This document shows positions 35,305-42,964 of a stretch of DNA of 42,964 nucleotides, in pieces. The number at the start of each line of letters is the position of its first letter. Positions within the stretch are counted from its first letter, which is position 1. A program made the position numbers and the translations under genes. The notes beneath the pieces were generated by a model. It saw only the letters and a list, made by a program, of their open reading frames with translations. It was not told the DNA's origin and did no database searches. The DNA is from Basidiobolus meristosporus CBS 931.73 (lineage: Eukaryota; Fungi; Basidiobolomycota): the NCBI GenBank assembly GCA_002104905.1, contig MCFE01000709.1, positions 1 through 42,964 of the forward strand, written 5' to 3'.

Positions 35305-38151
35305 ATGTCCAAGAAAGAGGCTCTCAACCAACCGATAAAAAATAGCCCGTCGGTGCAATTCCGCTCAGAGCGGGAGGTACCCGATCGAGATGAAGGCGGG
35401 GATTTGGGCGAGCGAAATTTTCACCCTACCGCACCTTTGGCCAAAAAGGATACTCAACAGTCAGGAGCAGCCATCTCCGTGATGAGTGACTACGACTGGA
35501 GTGACGAGGAGGATATTCCGGACGATGAAGAGGAGAGTGAGGATGGCCCCAGGGAGGTGGTGATACCCGAGGAGCTGCTCCAGACAGATGTGCGAAAGGG
35601 GCTGACCTCGGAAGAGGTGGAGGTGCGAAGAAAGAAGTACGGGCTCAACCAGCTCTCGCACGAGAAAGAGAACAAGATCATCAAGTTCTTCATGTTCTTC
35701 TGTGGCCCCATCCAGTACGTGATGTGGATAGCGGCATGTCTGGCGGGTGGCCTTCAAGATTGGGTTGATCTTGGGGTGATCATTGGGCTGCTCCTGCTCA
35801 ATGCGTTCGTCGGATTCGTCCAGGAGTACCAAGCAGGAAACATCATTGACCAACTGAAGCAAACGCTGGCCCTATCGGCAGTGGCAGTACGAGATGGACA
35901 GGAGCGGGAGATTGAGGCGAATACACTTGTTCCAGGGGACATCATATTGGTGGAGGACGGTAGCATTGTCCCTGCTGACGCGCGTGTCCTGGGGGAGGAT
36001 GCCAGGCTACAAGTGGATCAGTCGGCGCTGACAGGCGAGTCATTGGCGGCGAGCAAAGGCCCTGGTGACAGTCTATACAGCAGCTCTTGCATCAAGCGTG
36101 GAAGAGCATATGCGGTGGTGACGGCTATCGGCGAGAAGACATTCGTGGGAAGAGCGGCAACACTGGCTGGCAAGTCCAACGGAGTGGGCCACTTTACTGA
36201 GGTGATCAACGGGATTGGAATGGTTCTCCTGGTTCTGGTCATCATCTGGCTACTCATCATCTGGATTTCGGGATTCTACCGGTCGACTGGGATCGTCCGC
36301 TTGCTGGAGTACACCTTGGTGATCACGGTGATTGGAGTCCCGGTGGGACTGCCGGCAGTAGTGACAACCACCATGGCGGTCGGGGCAGCGTTCCTGGCGA
36401 AGAAGAAGGCGATCGTGCAAAAGTTGACAGCGATCGAGTCGCTAGCAGGGGTGGAGATTCTGTGCTCGGATAAGACCGGCACCCTAACGCAGAACAAACT
36501 CACCCTGCATGAGCCATTCTGTGTGGAGGGAGTGGACGATGAGATGCTGATCTTTGTCTCGGCGCTCGCGGCCTCACGCAAGAAGAAGGGAATGGACGCG
36601 ATTGACAAGGCGGTGATCAAGGCGCTGGGCAAGTATCCACAGGCACGGCGAAACATGCGCGAGTACAGAATCCAGGAGTTCCAGCCGTTCGACCCGGTCT
36701 CGAAGAAGGTCCTGGCCAAGGTGATCGATCCCGAGGGCAACCAGTGCATCGCGGTCAAGGGAGCACCACCGTTTGTCCTGCGAATGGTCCAGGAGGAGAG
36801 CAAGCTGGATCCCGCGATTGCACACAAGTACGAGGAGGTGGTTGCTGAGTTTGCCGATCGTGGGTTCAGAAGCTTGGGTGTTGCCTGGTACACCCCCGCG
36901 AACGGATGGCAGATCCTCGGCATCCTGCCACTCTTTGACCCGCCACGTTACGATACGGCAAAGACCATTGCTGAGGCCCAGGAGCTCGGACTGAAGGTGA
37001 AGATGCTCACGGGCGATGCGGTAGGCATCGCTAAGGAGACTGCGCGTCAGCTCAGAATGGGAACGAACATCTACATTGCGGACAAGCTGGGCATGACTCA
37101 GGGTGGAGCTTCAGGCTCTGGCGAGATGACTGGCTCGGAGTTGTACGACTTTGTGGAGGCTGCGGACGGATTTGCCGAAGTGTTCCCCGAGCACAAGTAC
37201 CACGCGGTGGACATTCTGCAGAAGCGTGGCTACTTGGTCGCCATGACTGGGGATGGTGTCAACGATGCTCCGTCGCTCAAGAAGGCCGACACGGGGATTG
37301 CGGTGGAGGGATCGAGCGACGCTGCTCGAAGCGCCGCTGATATCGTCTTCCTTGCACCGGGGCTGGGGGTGATCATTGATGCGATCAAGACCTCTCGACA
37401 GATCTTCCACCGGATGCACGCGTACATCATCTATCGCATCGCCTTGTCACTTCATCTGGAGATCTTCCTCACCAGCACCATGGTGATCTTGGATCAGACA
37501 ATCAACGTGGAGCTGGTGGTGTTCATCGCTATTTTCGCGGATATCGCCACACTCATGGTGGCCTACGACAATGCGCCCTACTCTCTCTCCCCGGTCAAGT
37601 GGAACATCCCGAAGCTCTGGGGCCTCTCTCTTGTCATGGCAGTGATCCTTGCTGCCGGGACCTGGATCATCTTCACCACCACTCTAGTCCAAGGACAAGG
37701 GGTCATCCAGAACTTTGGTGGCTCGCAAGAGGTGATGTTCCTGGAAGTGGTGCTTACCGAGAACTGGCTGATCTTCATCACTCGACTGAGCACCTCATTC
37801 TTTGGCAGTCTCCCATCATGGCAGCTGGCCGGAGCGGTATTTGTCGTGGACATTCTTGCGTCGCTGTTTGCCATCTTCGGATGGTTCACTGGGACACGCA
37901 CGGATATTGTCACGGTGGTGCGCATCTGGCTGTTCTCATTCGGGGTGTTCTGTGTCATGGCGCTGGTGTACATGTTGCTGTCGAACTCTATTGGATTTGA
38001 TCGACTTGTGCATGGCAAGTCACCGAAGTCAAGGAAGAACAGGAATCTGGAGGACTTCATGCTTCAGCTTGCCAGGGTCTCTTACAAGCATCAATATCAA
38101 CCGGTGCCACTACACCAACCTGGTCCGCCGTCCGAGAAGTCTGCCCAGTAG
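35305..38151 (+). CDS. PMA1: Plasma-membrane H+-ATPase (P3A-type), copy B, 948 aa, intronless
   Basis: Same P-type motifs as copy A. Core identical except Q/K in AIAH[Q/K]YEE. Different termini. Confidence 0.98.
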   Translation: MSKKEALNQPIKNSPSVQFRSEREVPDRDEGGDLGERNFHPTAPLAKKDTQQSGAAISVMSDYDWSDEEDIPDDEEESEDGPREVVIPEELLQTDVRKGLTSEEVEVRRKKYGLNQLSHEKENKIIKFFMFFCGPIQYVMWIAACLAGGLQDWVDLGVIIGLLLLNAFVGFVQEYQAGNIIDQLKQTLALSAVAVRDGQEREIEANTLVPGDIILVEDGSIVPADARVLGEDARLQVDQSALTGESLAASKGPGDSLYSSSCIKRGRAYAVVTAIGEKTFVGRAATLAGKSNGVGHFTEVINGIGMVLLVLVIIWLLIIWISGFYRSTGIVRLLEYTLVITVIGVPVGLPAVVTTTMAVGAAFLAKKKAIVQKLTAIESLAGVEILCSDKTGTLTQNKLTLHEPFCVEGVDDEMLIFVSALAASRKKKGMDAIDKAVIKALGKYPQARRNMREYRIQEFQPFDPVSKKVLAKVIDPEGNQCIAVKGAPPFVLRMVQEESKLDPAIAHKYEEVVAEFADRGFRSLGVAWYTPANGWQILGILPLFDPPRYDTAKTIAEAQELGLKVKMLTGDAVGIAKETARQLRMGTNIYIADKLGMTQGGASGSGEMTGSELYDFVEAADGFAEVFPEHKYHAVDILQKRGYLVAMTGDGVNDAPSLKKADTGIAVEGSSDAARSAADIVFLAPGLGVIIDAIKTSRQIFHRMHAYIIYRIALSLHLEIFLTSTMVILDQTINVELVVFIAIFADIATLMVAYDNAPYSLSPVKWNIPKLWGLSLVMAVILAAGTWIIFTTTLVQGQGVIQNFGGSQEVMFLEVVLTENWLIFITRLSTSFFGSLPSWQLAGAVFVVDILASLFAIFGWFTGTRTDIVTVVRIWLFSFGVFCVMALVYMLLSNSIGFDRLVHGKSPKSRKNRNLEDFMLQLARVSYKHQYQPVPLHQPGPPSEKSAQ

Positions 38152-38769
38152 TCAACTTCTTCGGCCAGAAAATACCTATCCGCATACCTGCTGTAGTTGC
38201 TATAAGCCTGAATTCAGTGGTCTATCTCCCCTCTAACAAATTGTTTTGTATCATTAGTGTATGCCTACCTTGATGAACTCCGATATTCCACATTTTGTAT
38301 ACCTTTAATCAATAAAATTTTCAGATGATTCTGCGAAAGTACATGGTGCATTTGCCGAGGGTATGAATAATTTACCCATTTGCTTCCTGAGTAATTCGAT
38401 GGTTGGTGAGCGACAGTGAGTTTCATGGTGTTTAATGACGCGAAGTATGGTCGATCTGTATCAGTGATTAACAGGTAACCCATGCTACCCAGCTGGATTC
38501 ATCATTAGGTCAATTCTTCATACGCGGCCACATATTAAAAGCTGTTGAGAATTTCATCAAGAAGAACCTAGAAACCAGCGCGCAAATCCGGATCGGAGAG
38601 ATGAGAATATAATCCCAATTATGTTTCAAGTATAAATTGAGGAATACATTTGGCTGTCAAAAAGCGAATCTATAATGATGCATCAAGTTATCACATGTAA
38701 GAGAATTTACATACCCTTGAATTTCATACAACTAACTTCACCAGATCTAAGAAAGATTCTGTCAACGTA

Positions 38770-39720
38770 AGGAATCCTTTGTTCAACTCTTAGAGGTACT
38801 GTGCTTTAGAAATTATGTCCTTAAAAGCAGTCTTCATGCTGGCTCTTTCAGCTCCAATGGTCAGTAAATATATTTATATCTGCTAATATATGAAATGCAA
38901 TGATGAAGCACCCAGAGATCTTTGGCCATTAACCTCCTTGAGACCTTAAAGGATGCATAAGTGTTTATGAGTACTTACTCTTTATAAGCTTGACAAACAT
39001 CCAGCTGGCAGATGGAAAGCCTGGATTAGGTTGATATACTGGTGTCCCTGTGAAAAGTAATTTTCATAAATCCATTATTAGACCATCACAAGATTAAGAT
39101 TCAATGACTGAGAGGTTTTAATGGTGTCAGGACACCTTAAAAACACAGCAAGAATTGAACACCACCCTGAATGCTAGCAAAAACTTAGACAACACTTTCT
39201 AATCCAGCTGAATAGCTTCACACCAAGTACAAACATTGCCCAGGTATTAGTGCACAAACCATATCACAATCTGATGTTGAGTGATTCCCATTTTGGTTGA
39301 CTGGTTGTCCAGCTTCTCTTAGACTGACCAATCACCAAACCTCAATGTGTACTTGGGCTTGTTGTCATTTGCTACCTAATTAGTCATTTCACATATCATA
39401 ATGTATAACTTCACCAATCTATTACACTTAAAGCTCATTGACCAACACATGTTGGAAAACCAGACTTAACTCATTCCAGTTTGTAATAATTGCAAGAGTC
39501 TTGGAGATATTGGGAATGATTTGGGGCAATAGGGATTATCAAGTAGATTATGCAATTCTCACTTAGTGATTTATTGAATATCAAAGTAGTGCTTATAAAT
39601 CTACCTGATTGTGTCAAGATCATAGTGTGGAATACAATTAAGTATGTCCTAAGAGCATGGGCATAAAGTAAGGAGCTATAGAGTCCATTTTGAAAAACTT
39701 CATGCACATGGCATATAATA
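38770..39720. repeat. Unidentified CpG-depleted repeat relic
   Basis: Almost no CG. 39490-39550 resembles the reverse complement of 16810-16860 (ccaatatctccaagactctt). No domain recognised. Confidence 0.45.
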
Positions 39721-40452
39721 GACTTGTTCCATTGGATAGTGCCACATTGAGCCATGAGTGCCAAATGATGCCATAGTGTGCCAGAGAGGTCAAGTAAGCC
39801 TATACTTGGCCACAGAGTGTGAAACATAGCTCTGCATCTTCATGCAAAGCAGCCCCTGTGTTTCACCCATTGCGCAGAAGAAAATCCATTTTTTGACCTT
39901 TTTTTGTGGATCAATGTAGCTCAGGATGTGTAAGAGCACAGGAGAACTGAAGATATGCATCTGGTACTCAATACTCATGGCACTCTGAATCTAACTCCTG
40001 TAGCTTGTATCATGTCACAAAAATGAATGGCACTATCTTGGTCCACTGATACTATCTGGCACTATAAGTGCTTTGTATAGATCTTACTTCAGGGCTAATA
40101 TTTAAATATAGTGCCAGATAGTACCAGTGGACCAAGATAGTGCCATTCATTTTTGTGACATGATACAAGCTACAGGAGCTAGTTTCAGAGTGCCATGGGT
40201 ATTGAGTACCAGATGCATTTCTTCAATCTGCTTGTGCACTAACACATCCTGCACAACATTGATCCAAAAAAAAAGGTCAAAAAATGGATTTTCTCCAACA
40301 CAATGGGTGAAACACAGGGGCTGCTTTGCATGAAGATGCGGAGCTATGTTTCACACTCTGTGGCCAGGTAGAGGCTCACTTGGCCTCTCTGGCACACTAT
40401 GGCATCATTTGGCACTCATGGCTCAATGTGGCACTATCCAATGGAACAAGTC
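39721..40452. mobile_element. 732-bp foldback/MITE-like element: 346-bp inverted arms, 40-bp spacer, flanked by TA on both sides
   Basis: TA|GACTTGTTCCATTGGATAGTGCC...CTGGCACTATA (39721-40066); spacer 40067-40106; TATAGTGCCAG...GGCACTATCCAATGGAACAAGTC|TA (40107-40452). Confidence 0.92.
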
Positions 40453-40649
40453 TAATGTTTTAGAGAAAATCCTCCAAGTGAATTCCAGCAAGAAATTTGG
40501 TTCAAATACTCTAAGATTTGTAAGTAAAGATTTAGGTGACTGAGTTATGTGAGTACTCTGGTATAAATACAAAGCTCACACATTCCCACTTAGCTAAACA
40601 GTGTATTAATTGGGCCTAATCACAATATGAAATACCCACATTTGGCTCT

Positions 40650-41600
40650 AACTAGTGATTTGATAAATATGGCTGCAGTCATTTCACTTGTAGAACGGTG
40701 AGCTAGGCCACCTATGTTATTCTCTATAGCTTCCCATACAAAAGGATGCTTACTATCTATGTGCCTAGTCCTAGCATATTCAGTTGGATGTATAACTTAC
40801 TTGATAACTTCCTTATTGTGTGTACATAATGTAGTAGGAGGTTTTTGACATATAGTTAAGTCTGTAAAAGCTTTCTTGACCACATTGCTTCATTTGTAGC
40901 TTTACAGGCTGCAATATACTCTGCCACTGTGGTGGAGAGTGCTACATTTGGTTGCTTCTGTGCATACCATTTAATTGCTCCTTAACAGTTAAGAAAGGTT
41001 TATCCTGTGGTGGATCTTCTTTTATCTATAATTCATACCCAGTCAGCATTAAAGTGTCCCAAAAGCATCTTTTCTGAATCCTCATAAGTGCACCTTAAGC
41101 AGATACCAGCAGTTCATCTTATGTGTCTAAAAATCCACTTATATAATGCAAAATGACCTGATCCATAGTTTGGCTTGTGTGGGCTGACAACTCCAACTGG
41201 ATATGAGATATCTGGACATGTTCCAAACATGATATACATCAGGATACCAACTGTAGACTGGTAAAGGAAGTCTTGGATCTCATATTCCACTGTGCACTCT
41301 TGATTTGATTGGGGTTTGAAGAATTTTGTGTTTGCTACATTTGTGGTAGCTGCCAGTTTTTAATCTTCCATTTAGTGCATCTCAAGTACATCTTGAATAT
41401 ACTCTGACTAGCATATAGTAGTGGTCTTGGTGCCTTTGTCTGTGGGCAACTATATCCCTAAGTAGTAACTGCGCTCTTCTATATTGGACATTGGGGCACC
41501 CTAAGTAGGCTGGATAGAGTCTGTTCCAAGGTTTTTTGGCCATTTGTGGCTATAATACCTGTGAAATATTTGTGCTGATCTCAGCAAAAGGCCATTATAA
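40650..41600 (-). mobile_element. Ty1/copia retrotransposon relic (reverse transcriptase C-terminal half plus RNase H), pseudogenised
   Basis: YLGI*LPTD...SEYIQDVLE; YQSTVGILMYIMFGTCPDISYPVGVVS; LGHFNADWV..DKRRSTTG; GAIKWYAQKQPNVALSTTVAEYIAACKATNEAMW; TRHIDSKHPFVWE...TSEMTAAIFIKSL. All are canonical copia motifs, with stops and frameshifts. No LTR found. Confidence 0.92.
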
Positions 41601-41649
41601 AATTTAAATTTTGTGCCTAAGAGGCATTATGCAATTGGTACACTTCACA

Positions 41650-42964
41650 GAACTATTGGAAAACAATGGTATCTATAATTTCACCAAAAACCTAGTCAAA
41701 ATGTTTTGTCACAACAACTCCCATCTTACTCTTTGTTGGTTGTCTGTCACTTCTGTTGCATTGTGATTGCAACACTCAAATCTTACCCTTGTCTATATTA
41801 ATTGGCTGTTGCCTCTTTTTCCCACTCCTTACTGTCTGACTCAACTGATGTTCAGACTTTTCAAGTATACAAATAGGTATAATTCAGATAAATCTTTATT
41901 TGTAGCTCAGTTGCCAGTTGTACTGACCTATACAAGTCCCTATACCCAACACTTATGGTAGGCCTAACATCACACCAAATATGTAGCTCCATTAAAATCC
42001 TCCATTCATTAGGTGTTTCTACCATATCACTCTTTAAATAGACCTTCCCTATTAAGAATAACCTGGTCTTATGGGTAGATGCAATACAGATCTGCTGTTA
42101 GGATCCTGCAATGGGGCTGTCAAAAGGCTGGCAGCTTGAAGCTATTAACCCTCCTCACAGTCTTATGATGGTATTGTGATGGTGTTTTGCAGACTTTACT
42201 GCCAAATATGGTAATAAACCTGACAGTGCTCTAATAGTCCTTTGGCAGAATCTGTAGGCCATTTTAATGATTTAATGTGATCTAAATTTATTTGAGTAGA
42301 CCCAATCAGTCAACAAATGCAAGTACCACATAAGGAAAGAAAGTCAACTGTGTCTTGACAGCCTTGATGTGGACATCTGCGAGTATTATAATGGCAGTAC
42401 CATAGCCTACAGCTAGTGCTCTAAGATGTTATTGTATCAACTTACTAAATGATATTTCATTTTTCTACCTTACTTGCACTATTGATATATTCTATACCAG
42501 AATCTTCCCTATTTATTTGCTTACCTATCACTACCTTGGGTATTCCACATAAGGCTCAAGTAATAAAAACTATTGTTTCCAGCTTACTAGCCTTTACATA
42601 GACTTACACCCACTGCAATTGAAGCACTTCCCCTATGAAAATTATTCTGATGATCCTGTCAAAAGGCCATCACAGATTCTGAGTCCCTTAACTAAGAGGT
42701 ATTGATCCCATCAGGACACCATGCAAAGACCATCAAAAAATGATTGCACCCCAGATATCACCAAAACCTTGGTCAAAATTTTTCATCACAACATTACCAA
42801 AGTGGCCTTTGATTGGTACTCTGCCAATTTTCTCACTTTCTGATCCCAGACACTCTATCACCTCCTATGTTTGTGTACATTGATTGGCAATTGCCTCTTA
42901 TTCATACTCCTTACTAATGATAACCTTTGAGTTCTTGATGTTGTTACCATGTCTGTCAGTGCAA
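41650..42964 (-). mobile_element. Decayed CACTA 3'-region and unknown-module relic, running off the window end
   Basis: 42500-42600 resembles the reverse complement of 14460-14540 (tatgtggaatacccaaggtagtgataggtaagcaaata). 41900-42000 resembles 12800-12900. 42740-42900 resembles 12555-12700. Confidence 0.7.

Noticed and set aside
29499-38060. Many 60-215-aa ORFs overlapping the PMA genes, repeated in both copies
   Set aside because: Antisense or off-frame shadows of GC-rich coding sequence. They recur only because the cores are near-identical.
1-42964. tRNA, rRNA, snRNA genes and CRISPR arrays
   Set aside because: GTTCGA hits lack cloverleaf context. No rRNA or snRNA signatures were seen. 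The only regular repeats are coding repeats and transposon arms.

Overview
Eukaryotic, fungal DNA with short GT-AG introns (54-63 nt). The lineage cannot be fixed from the sequence alone. A CpG-normal gene island (~17.9-38.7 kb) lies between two almost CpG-free transposon graveyards (~5.9-17.9 kb and ~38.8 kb to the end). The island holds five supportable genes: (1) a 3-exon, ~1127-aa membrane-anchored repeat protein with SHE10-like architecture; (2) a 7-exon MINPP1-type histidine acid phosphatase; (3) a 2-exon GT34 (GMA12/MNN10-family) glycosyltransferase; (4, 5) two intronless PMA1-type plasma-membrane H+-ATPases in divergent orientation. The two ATPase genes share a 2630-bp indel-free core that is ~99.5% identical, but their N- and C-termini are clearly diverged. 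The graveyards contain several decayed CACTA/EnSpm (Transposase_21-type) copies, a multi-copy unrecognised coding module, a Ty1/copia RT-RNaseH relic and two copies of a foldback element. The first 5.9 kb is CpG-normal but has no product I can identify. Top observations are the inverted, homogenised H+-ATPase pair with distinct tails (possible gene conversion or invertible cassette) and the sharply bounded CpG-specific erosion, which spares that pair.
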